From: Candidatus Binatia bacterium
Lineage (GTDB): Bacteria; Desulfobacterota; Binatia; UBA9968
Assembly: GCA_036004365.1 (NCBI GenBank)
Contig: DASYRN010000045.1
Location: forward strand, 7,637-71,636
DNA: 64,000 bases
Reading direction: 5' to 3'
The notes under the pieces are model-generated. The model saw only the letters and a list, made by a program, of their open reading frames with translations. It was not told where the DNA came from and made no database searches. How positions within the stretch are numbered: position 1 is the stretch's first letter; each line of letters opens with the position of its first letter. Positions 28,640-36,153 of this stretch are shown here, in pieces. Both the position numbers and the translations under genes were made by a program.

Positions 28640-28870
28640 AGCTTCGAAAAGCGCCACGATCGTCTTCGTGGAACGTGATCGTGAACAAGAACTGATGCTG
28701 TTATCACTTTTACGATTGCGCAAGTGCGCAAATGAGAAAATGTCCCAAGGCGCGAGCCTTGAGGTATGAGGACAAAAGGTGAGGATGATTCAGGAGGAAC
28801 GATAGCGGAACAAGGGAAAACGGCGGGGAGAAGAGGCTGGAGAGACCGGATAATTTTTTCTACGAGGAAG

Positions 28871-29686
28871 ATGGCGGCAACAAACCGCACCCGGAGAATT
28901 AAGGGAGTGGTTCGGGTCTGCGGGCTGTTCTTCCTGTACGATCTACTTGCTGTTTCCCCCGGTTTTTCCTGGCATGACAAAGGCCATCGCGTTGTGGCGA
29001 TCATCGCCCAGGCGAATCTCACCCCGGAGGCCAAAAAACGGATTCAGGAGATAGTACCTTCAGGCACCACTCTCGCCGACGCAGCCGTCTGGCCGGACTA
29101 CGAAGGGAGAAAAGTGGGAGATTTGGATCCGCTCCACTACGTCAGTATTTCCGACGGCGCCAACGGCTACGATCAAGCGCGTGACTGTCCGGAGAAAAAC
29201 TGTATGGTTGAAGCACTCAAGTGGTTTTCATCGAACATCGCCGACGAGAATGCCCCGACCGTCATGAGACGAATCGCTCTGCGGTATGTCGCGCATCTGG
29301 TCGGTGACCTGCACCAGCCGCTGCATGCGGGCAGGGCAACGGATCGAGGCGGCACGGATATCACGGTGACGTATAGAAGACAGACGACCAACCTGCACTT
29401 CTTTTGGGATAAAGACTTAGTGGAGATGGAAGAAGGAAACGCAGAGGAGGTAGCTGAGCGGCTTGGGGCGAGCCTTACTGAAGAGGAACGTCTTAAATGG
29501 CGGGCGGGCGACCCGAAACAATGGACTGATGAGTCGCTCGTGCTTGCAAGATCCTATGCGTACCCTATAGGGGGATCCTTTGAGCTTTCTGACGACTACG
29601 TAGAAAGGGCCCGACCGATTGTGCGAGTAAGGCTTGTTCAGGCTGGGATAAGATTAGCATGGTTGCTGAACATGGCTTTCAAATAG
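28871..29686 (+). CDS. S1/P1-family zinc nuclease, secreted
   Basis: W-H-x-x-GH after the signal segment, WPDYEGR, LHYVSI, CPEKNCMVEAL, ALRYVAHLVGDLHQPLH and GGTDITV...NLHFFWD match fungal P1 / plant S1 landmarks from memory. ATG at 28871 after GAGGAAG. Confidence 0.85.
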   Translation: MAATNRTRRIKGVVRVCGLFFLYDLLAVSPGFSWHDKGHRVVAIIAQANLTPEAKKRIQEIVPSGTTLADAAVWPDYEGRKVGDLDPLHYVSISDGANGYDQARDCPEKNCMVEALKWFSSNIADENAPTVMRRIALRYVAHLVGDLHQPLHAGRATDRGGTDITVTYRRQTTNLHFFWDKDLVEMEEGNAEEVAERLGASLTEEERLKWRAGDPKQWTDESLVLARSYAYPIGGSFELSDDYVERARPIVRVRLVQAGIRLAWLLNMAFK

Positions 29687-29693
29687 GATTGTT

Positions 29694-30071
29694 ATGAAAC
29701 CGCACCTTGTGTCAGGGCTAGGGCTCTTGCTAGGGGTTCTTGCCGCAAAGAGCGCACCCGCCGCGATGTATTGCGGCGACACACTGATAGACAAAGGGAT
29801 GACGAAGCTGGACGTCATCTCAAAGTGTGGCCAGCCTGATTTACGGGAAGTGACCTCGCTAGTTTTCCAGGTAAGGGAGGTCTGGCACTATAACTGCGGC
29901 GAGGGCAGGCTGAACAGGAGCCTTGTCTTTGAGGGCGAGACGCTTGTATCGGTCCAGGAAAGCAAAGTTACGGCAGCGGCCCGGAGAAGTGCAAATAAAA
30001 CGGAACTAATAGCAAGGAAGCACGAGGCAGCGATACGCTTCATTCCCGGCCGGGATCGAGCTCAATGCTGA
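29694..30071 (+). CDS. DUF2845-like secreted protein
   Basis: Signal peptide, then C..TLIDKGMTKLDVISKCGQPD...EVWHYNCGEGRLNRSLVFEGETLVSV. Confidence 0.65.
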   Translation: MKPHLVSGLGLLLGVLAAKSAPAAMYCGDTLIDKGMTKLDVISKCGQPDLREVTSLVFQVREVWHYNCGEGRLNRSLVFEGETLVSVQESKVTAAARRSANKTELIARKHEAAIRFIPGRDRAQC

Positions 30072-30321
30072 TGAGCTCGTAGCGTTCCGAAGAATACTCT
30101 CCCCGTTGTCTCAGGCTTTCTCGACGTTGGCGGTCGAGCACGGCGTGGTCCTGGTGTATCCGCTGCTGTTGTTCGTCCTGCCTCTGTTCTCGAACCTGGA
30201 GAAGTTCACCGACGGGAGCACCAGCCCCTCGCTCAAGGCTACTACAACCGATAGGAGTCATTAGAAGAGTTACCGCAATCAACTCTATAGAGAGGTTCTT
30301 CGCGTAACCAAACCGAATCAT
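30040..30321 (-). CDS. putative small lipoprotein, Gln/Arg-rich
   Basis: LLMTPIGC lipobox-like N-terminus. Overlaps the 3' end of the DUF2845 ORF by about 30 nt. Confidence 0.4.
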   Translation of the reverse strand: MIRFGYAKNLSIELIAVTLLMTPIGCSSLERGAGAPVGELLQVREQRQDEQQQRIHQDHAVLDRQRRESLRQRGEYSSERYELISIELDPGRE

Positions 30322-30676
30322 AATCCTCCTCCTCGAGATTTTGGTGCAAGGGCTTTTGCCCGAGACAGCTGACGCGATGCAAGCGATATACCAAGGGCCA
30401 GAATAATTAAACCGTGGATTGTTAAAGGGATTGGAAGTTCGGCTCTTCTGACACGGTCCCTAATTGTTATGGAAAGGCCTAAATTGTACCGTCAAGTAAC
30501 TTGATCGTTGTCTAAGAGGAATGGGATCCTCGTCTTGATCTTGGATTCTTGAGCCAGGTCACCCGGTCTGCCATGTGTATCTTGGCGATCCAAGAAAGGG
30601 ACGAGGCAAGAGGTGATAGGCGATAGTTTTTAGTCGCTCTCGCAACTATTGTATATTATAACATGGCTCTCGCGTT

Positions 30677-30690
30677 TTGAGAATTCAAAA
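30677..30690. repeat. half-degenerate copy of the palindrome (TTGAGAATTCAAAA), copy 3
   Basis: Read directly. The left flank CGCGTTT is conserved. Confidence 0.7.
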
Positions 30691-30746
30691 ATGTAAAAAC
30701 GAGTTAATGATGGAATCTTGCCCTATACGATTGTAACATTGGATAG

Positions 30747-30893
30747 GACCGAATTGCCGGCTTGATGACTTCCTATGGATACGCGAATATTCTCCACGCC
30801 GGTTTCTGCGCCTTGGAGCTTCTTGAATGGGAAGTCGATCAGGTTTTGGGCGTTGGGCCTTTCACGTCCGCCGAATTGCGCGCCGATCGTTAG
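30747..30893 (+). pseudogene. 3' remnant of a YciI-family gene (paralogue of 35809-36117)
   Basis: 30798-30893 aligns with 36022-36117 with 12 mismatches in 96 nt (hand count), including a 30-nt identical run. Translation ..IAGLMTSYGYANILHAGFCALELLEWEVDQVLGVGPFTSAELRADR*. An in-frame TAG at 30744 cuts off the rest. Confidence 0.7.
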
Positions 30894-30941
30894 CAGTTGG
30901 AGATTCACATCTTCGGCGGAAGATTTGAGAAGGAGGTATCC

Positions 30942-31031
30942 ATGTTGGCCATTCTTCCCCCGCTGATAATGATTCTTCTCGTAGCTCTTATTTTCTATCT
31001 TGCCTGGTGGGACGCTAACAGACGTAAGTAG
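30942..31031 (+). CDS. possible 29-aa hydrophobic peptide MLAILPPLIMILLVALIFYLAWWDANRRK
   Basis: Strong SD GAAGGAGG 6 nt before the ATG. One TM helix plus a basic tail. Below the ORF-track size cutoff. Confidence 0.45.
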   Translation: MLAILPPLIMILLVALIFYLAWWDANRRK

Positions 31032-31155
31032 AAGTAAAAAGGCGTTGGGACAGCCATTGTGCGTCGGGCAATTCAATCGGAGCTAACGTTGAGGACGCAA
31101 AGCAGCACAAAGTGGCCGAGTTTATCACCGAAGGTAAGACAAGAAAGGAGAATCT

Positions 31156-31605
31156 ATGCCGAGAGTGACTTCGTTGGGTCATGTAGGCCTTTACGTGGGC
31201 GACATTGAGCGTTCCAAGGCATTTTATCGGGATATCCTTGGCCTGAAGGTGAGCGACGAGAGTCCCAACAGGGGCGCAGTATTCATGACGGCCAAAGACC
31301 GGCTGGAAGAGCACCACGAGCTCCTGCTCATGCCGGGCCGAGAGGATGGCAAAGTCGTCCAGCAAGTTTCTTTCCGCTGTGCCAGCCTCGCCGATATCAA
31401 AGACTTTTACCGAGTTTTTTTGCAGAACAAAATCCCCATCAACCGCATCGTAAGCCACGGCAATGCTATAGGGATCTATTTTCAAGATCCCGACGGAAAC
31501 CAGATCGAAGTTTACTGGCCCACCGGCATCGACTGGCCCCAGCCCTTTGGGAAGCCGGTCGACCTGGCCGTAACCGACGAGGAGATCCTTGCGCAGCTGA
31601 CGTAG
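31156..31605 (+). CDS. VOC (glyoxalase/bleomycin-resistance/extradiol dioxygenase) family protein
   Basis: 149 aa. LGHVGLYVGDIERSKAFYRDILGLKV. Confidence 0.8.
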   Translation: MPRVTSLGHVGLYVGDIERSKAFYRDILGLKVSDESPNRGAVFMTAKDRLEEHHELLLMPGREDGKVVQQVSFRCASLADIKDFYRVFLQNKIPINRIVSHGNAIGIYFQDPDGNQIEVYWPTGIDWPQPFGKPVDLAVTDEEILAQLT

Positions 31606-31636
31606 CCTGTAAGGCGGGCCTTAAAAAGTAAAAGCA

Positions 31637-32164
31637 ATGTCGAAACGACTGATTTTCCTCCCATGGATGTTGTCTCTACTTCTGCTACCGGCCTGCATCC
31701 ATGGCCTAACGATGCACTCCATGGACGGAGAGACCTTAAGCGGAAAGTATCGTTTCGCGCGCGAAGGCAAAGGATTGATCAAGGTCATCCGATCCGATGG
31801 CGAGGTCTTGACGGGCCATTTTGTGACGGTTGGGCCGAAGGCTTTTGTCGAGAGTTTCAAGAAGGCTTTCGGCAGCGGATCTATCGTTGTCTTCGGTCCC
31901 GATGCCTCCGCTTACGGAAATGCCTTCGGAGGCACCTTTGCAAGTGCGCACGGGACTGCAGGGGCTGCCTATGGCGAGACGTTCAATACCGGCTCCGGTC
32001 AATCCACAACCGTGGTGACCGGGCCGCGTTTTTACTGGACGGCATTCCTTCAGGGCAGTGGAGGAACAACGATGGCATGTTTTTTCATCGGCTCCTCGTA
32101 TACGGGTCACGGATTTGGAAGATGTAAGAGCAACATGGGGAAGGAGTATAGTGTAGAGTTTTAA
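31637..32164 (+). CDS. putative lipoprotein, Gly-rich
   Basis: MSKRLIFLPWMLSLLLLPAC lipobox. Confidence 0.55.
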   Translation: MSKRLIFLPWMLSLLLLPACIHGLTMHSMDGETLSGKYRFAREGKGLIKVIRSDGEVLTGHFVTVGPKAFVESFKKAFGSGSIVVFGPDASAYGNAFGGTFASAHGTAGAAYGETFNTGSGQSTTVVTGPRFYWTAFLQGSGGTTMACFFIGSSYTGHGFGRCKSNMGKEYSVEF

Positions 32165-32523
32165 GATCTCTAGTCTTTTTTCAGAGGTCAAAATAAATAG
32201 TAGATGAGCGTGCTCGATCCTGCCATTGTCTCACGTTTGCGTGATTGCGACGAAGAAACAGTGGCCTGTCGGCCCGGATATCTGAGCGGTCGGGGACGGA
32301 TACTCCTCCTGCGTTGTCTCTAACCGAATTTCCGGAGAGTTGTTCATAATTGTCATATTGGACGGTTTCGGTCCACTTACCACGAGCCCTTATTCGACTT
32401 GTGAGCGGGAAATCCTTTTTAAAAACCACATATTGTATTGATAGGCCAAAATAAGGGCCTTTGGCATGAATTATGAATCTTATCCACTATATAGGCCCAT
32501 CTATCTTAAGAGAGCGATCCCTT

Positions 32524-33954
32524 ATGCGAGACGTCGCAATAGCAACCGAGGCAGCATCACTTTCCAAGGAATGTCCTGGATGTGGCGCTCTCCTGGAACT
32601 GACTCTCGAGGCGTGCTGGAAATGCGGCGGAAAAGTCGAACCGGATATTCCCACAGCGCCGTACGAAGAGAAACGACCCTTCAAGCCCTATCTAGACAGA
32701 AGCGCCGACCTTGGAAGAGAGGTCTACGAACGGCTTATCCAAGCCTTTTCAGAAGTGAATCCCCGCGAAAGACCCTGGTGTGGCATAGGGGTTAAAGCTG
32801 ACCTTCTCGCGGTATCACCAAGATCCGTGACAGTCGCGGTGATAAAGGAGCTGAGCGGGGTCAAGAAAGGCCTCGTTCATGTCTCGCAGAATTGGCGGGA
32901 ACCTTGGCAGGTAGAAACCGTCGATAGGGAGAAACATCAGATACGAAGCAATCCTTGCGAGCAGGCGGAGCGGGCGATCAGCGCTGTCAAAAGTAGTCTC
33001 AAGTCTTTTCTCAAGGCCAATGAGCAGGCTGTATTCCCGCGCATAAAGTGTTTAATCGTTTTCCCCGATGGATACGACTTTGAAGGGCCAAAGGATTTTT
33101 CCATGCTCGACCACGACGGGGTGATCACGCTGAGTCTACTAAACTTTCGTGATTTACCGGATGCGATATTACGACCGACGGACCACGAAGGACTGGATTC
33201 CCGGCAGTACAGGAAATGGATTGAAGAACTTCTAAGGAGCAACGATGAGTCCACCCTCGGGACATGGCTTGATCCGGCCTTCGATAAGCCGGAGCCGGAG
33301 CCGCCCAAGAGACAGCTCTGGCGGTTACGTTATCCGCGCCGCCGAAAAGTGCCGGCAAAGGAAGAGGAACTCTCTTGGTCAAATAGTCCGCGAAAGAGAT
33401 CGGTCCAGGCGAAATTGAAGGGGACTCGACTCAAATTTACCGTGACGGTTATCACGGGTATGCTCGTTGGAATGGTCGGATGGCAAATGTATAGTGTTGG
33501 GGAACATACCGCGCCGCCTCCACGCGCGGAAACTACCCCTGAAGTCACTCAAGCGGTGCCACCCCAAGATGTCCCGTTGTCAACGGAACTCGAGAAGGAG
33601 GAGATATTGCCTCCGCCGCAGCCAGTAGAATCCCGCGAACCGCAGGCGCCTATAGCGCCGAAAGAGGATCAACCCATCAAAGGCGCGAATAAATCTGAGG
33701 TCACCCGCACTCAGGCTCCTGGCGATTTAGAGCTCAAGCGGCAGAAGGTGGAACTCAAGATCCATGATGCTATTCTCCGTCGCGCGATCACCGGTGTGAC
33801 GGTTTACTTCGCCGGGGACACGGCTTACCTCCGCGGCCAGGTCGAGACCGAAAACCAAAAATCTGCTGCCGAAAAGGCCGCGAGGAGCGTCCCGGGGGTT
33901 AAGGAAATCCGCAATTCAATTGAGGTCAATCCCCCATCCCCTGCGGATGGCTAG
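32524..33954 (+). CDS. Zn-ribbon / NERD-like / TM / Pro-rich linker / BON domain fusion protein
   Basis: CPGCG..CWKCGG. NERD-like text ADLLAVSPRSVTVAVIKELSG....W.....NPCEQAERAISAVKSSL. TM LKFTVTVITGMLVGMVGWQMY. C-terminal BON text VTVYFAGDTAYLRGQVETENQKSAAEKAARSVPGVKEIRNSIEV. Confidence 0.65.
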   Translation: MRDVAIATEAASLSKECPGCGALLELTLEACWKCGGKVEPDIPTAPYEEKRPFKPYLDRSADLGREVYERLIQAFSEVNPRERPWCGIGVKADLLAVSPRSVTVAVIKELSGVKKGLVHVSQNWREPWQVETVDREKHQIRSNPCEQAERAISAVKSSLKSFLKANEQAVFPRIKCLIVFPDGYDFEGPKDFSMLDHDGVITLSLLNFRDLPDAILRPTDHEGLDSRQYRKWIEELLRSNDESTLGTWLDPAFDKPEPEPPKRQLWRLRYPRRRKVPAKEEELSWSNSPRKRSVQAKLKGTRLKFTVTVITGMLVGMVGWQMYSVGEHTAPPPRAETTPEVTQAVPPQDVPLSTELEKEEILPPPQPVESREPQAPIAPKEDQPIKGANKSEVTRTQAPGDLELKRQKVELKIHDAILRRAITGVTVYFAGDTAYLRGQVETENQKSAAEKAARSVPGVKEIRNSIEVNPPSPADG

Positions 33955-34030
33955 CCTGATGACGGCCAGATAACACTTCGCTTTTCCTTCAGATCAAAGT
34001 AAAGAGCAGCGAGCGTCCGCTGACTGTCCC

Positions 34031-34486
34031 TCAAGTTTGATTACTAATGAACTGAAATATCTTTGCAGCGGCGTCAGCGCCGGTCGTCGTTGTCGTGTCG
34101 ATTCTTATAGTCGGATTGTTCGGCGGCTCCATTCGATGGAACATGATGTGGAGTGCTTTTTCGGATATATTCGGCTGCCGTTCTCGATTGCGCCGAAGAG
34201 CGACCTCTAAGGGGCAATCAAGAAAAACGGTTACAACTCTCTCCGCTTGTGCCCGCGCTTTGACCTGGCACCGCCATTCCTTTTTGTAAAACGTGGCGTC
34301 AAAAATTAGGAAATCCGTTCTCCTCCGATCGGGCGCCAGCGCATTGAAAAACTTCCGGTAGACCGGCGGTCTTAGCCTGTCGGAACTCAAGATCTGAACG
34401 CTGCCTAATTCAGCGAGGCGCTCGGCCAGCTTTTCTGCTATCGTACTCTTACCCGATCCGGGAATGCCGCAAAAGAGAATAATCAA
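34031..34486 (-). CDS. P-loop kinase, KTI12/PSTK-like (AAA_33-type)
   Basis: Walker A ILFCGIPGSGKST. The later text LIFDATFYKKEWRCQV...FLDCPLEVALRRNRERQPNISEKALHIMFHRMEPP resembles archaeal O-phosphoseryl-tRNA kinase / KTI12 as I recall them. Confidence 0.7.
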   Translation of the reverse strand: MIILFCGIPGSGKSTIAEKLAERLAELGSVQILSSDRLRPPVYRKFFNALAPDRRRTDFLIFDATFYKKEWRCQVKARAQAERVVTVFLDCPLEVALRRNRERQPNISEKALHIMFHRMEPPNNPTIRIDTTTTTGADAAAKIFQFISNQT

Positions 34487-34514
34487 TAAGATATGTTCGT
34501 GACGCCGCGCTGGG

Positions 34515-34772
34515 CTATCGGCGGGGTCGGGCGAGCCTCATCGCTTGCTCAATGGTGGGAATGATCTCGGGGCAACATTGCCTGGCGATTTCGAGAATGA
34601 TGCGCGCTTGGTTCTGGTCACAGGGGATCGTGTAGCCTTTAAAAAATACGCCCTCAAACGAATGATCAATTCGCGTGGCCTTGGCAATGGCCTCATAGGC
34701 GGGAGACTCAACGGGAATTCGACTCCGCAGTCGGTCAAAGTGTGGAGGAGCGACCTTAATGAATATCTCCAT
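34515..34772 (-). CDS. hypothetical protein
   Basis: 85-aa ORF between the kinase and phosphatase genes on the same strand. Confidence 0.4.
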   Translation of the reverse strand: MEIFIKVAPPHFDRLRSRIPVESPAYEAIAKATRIDHSFEGVFFKGYTIPCDQNQARIILEIARQCCPEIIPTIEQAMRLARPRR

Positions 34773-34894
34773 GGCGCCACCTCACCAAAAATACGTTAGG
34801 ATGCTCAATTCAACCTACCAAATAGGGCCGTTATTTCAATGCGGGTCCGTCAACCTTCACCGGTCGAGTTTCCCAAAACCCGCTCGTCAAGGCA

Positions 34895-35350
34895 TCACAC
34901 TCTAGTAGCAAAACGGATCGCATCGATATTAGGTAAGCAAGAGCGGCATTGGGTGACGTGTGCGACGGCGGCGTCCAAATCCCAGCCGCAGCACCAAGAG
35001 AGATACGCGACCGCGACCGTAGGAGATCGGCCAGCGCCGGCGGAGCAATGGAGATAGACTGTATGGCCAGACTCCATGAGCTCGTTTAGCGCGGACACGC
35101 ACGCCGGGAGCTTGTCTTGCAGATCGACTGGGTCCAAGTCGCGCACTGGGACACGACAAGGGTGAATGCGGCAGATTTGGTAGTGGGTTGCCAGCGAATT
35201 CCAATCCAGGCTAAAGTGCTGCATGTCCTCGTCGGTTTGTAGATTGAGCACAGCCGAAATGGCGGCATCGCGCTTTAATATCTCGATGTCACCAGCGCTT
35301 CCTGGGTAGGAACCGACAAAGAGTTTGGAAAGAATCTGATGGTAATCCAT
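34895..35350 (-). CDS. dual-specificity (Cys-based) phosphatase, DSP domain only
   Basis: Active site HCSAGAGRSPT (HCx5R[ST]). Flanking text NLQTDEDMQHF, VRDLDPVDL..KLPA and RSCLPNIDAIRFAT resembles plant SEX4/LSF glucan-phosphatase DSP domains from memory. Confidence 0.8.
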   Translation of the reverse strand: MDYHQILSKLFVGSYPGSAGDIEILKRDAAISAVLNLQTDEDMQHFSLDWNSLATHYQICRIHPCRVPVRDLDPVDLQDKLPACVSALNELMESGHTVYLHCSAGAGRSPTVAVAYLSWCCGWDLDAAVAHVTQCRSCLPNIDAIRFATRV

Positions 35351-35444
35351 AGCTTGGGTAGGTCGTAAGGAGTGAGGCGTAAACAGGAGAACCCCTTGCA
35401 CGTTTTACGTTTCACTAGCCATGACTATCATCCTGACGTTACGG

Positions 35445-35666
35445 TCACGGACTCTCTTTGACGGCGAGAAGTGAGGCCAGCGGGCACAACACTTTGTATT
35501 CGGCTTTGCCTGTTTTTTCTTTCCAGCTGGCGGCGCCTGGAGCTCCGTCAATGAATTCGTAAGCATCCACGCCGAATGTGCTTTTACCGTCAATCAGCAG
35601 GACTTCGTGCCATCCGTCGGCAAGCAGCACATAACGCACTTTCTCTACATTGAGCTTCAGAGCCAT
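35445..35666 (-). CDS. hypothetical protein
   Basis: 73-aa ORF, first gene of the same-strand run 35666->34031. Confidence 0.4.
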   Translation of the reverse strand: MALKLNVEKVRYVLLADGWHEVLLIDGKSTFGVDAYEFIDGAPGAASWKEKTGKAEYKVLCPLASLLAVKESP

Positions 35667-35808
35667 GTTTTGCCTCCTTTCCTCAGGATCCGAACGTTGC
35701 GTTCGAGGTTCCTTGTCGTGATATTTTATCAGGATTCAAGGCTCGCTCCAGGGGTAGGCCCGCTAAGGGGTAAAGGATGCAATAAACTATAAAAGCTAGG
35801 AGGACAGC

Positions 35809-36117
35809 ATGTGGTATCTGATCCATCGTAAGCCCATACGACCGCGTGAGGAATGGACCGTGAGTCTCGACGAGCATCTTGTCTGGATGAAACAGCAGCA
35901 CGAGGCCGGCCGGATCCTTTTTTCCGGCCCGACCCGGGATCGCACGTTGGGGATTTACGCGATACGCGCCGGCTCCAGGGAAGAAGCCGAGCGGATCGCC
36001 GGCAGCGATCCTTACACGAAGGCCGGTTTCTGCGCTTTCGAGCTTTTTGAGTGGGAGGTGCACCAAGTTTTGGGCGTCGGGCCTTTCACGTCCGCCGAAT
36101 TGCGCGCCCATCGCTAG
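35809..36117 (+). CDS. YciI-family protein
   Basis: 102 aa. RiLfSGPt....G.yaIRAgSrEEAerIAgsDPy. Confidence 0.8.
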   Translation: MWYLIHRKPIRPREEWTVSLDEHLVWMKQQHEAGRILFSGPTRDRTLGIYAIRAGSREEAERIAGSDPYTKAGFCAFELFEWEVHQVLGVGPFTSAELRAHR

Positions 36118-36153
36118 CGGTCTACAAGGAGCTCAGAAGAGCACTTTCACCGT

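Noticed and set aside
32181-32429. 82-aa minus-strand ORF, and likewise the 80-aa plus-strand ORF 57423-57665
   Set aside because: No RBS, no recognisable family and ordinary spacer context. The support is too weak to report as genes.
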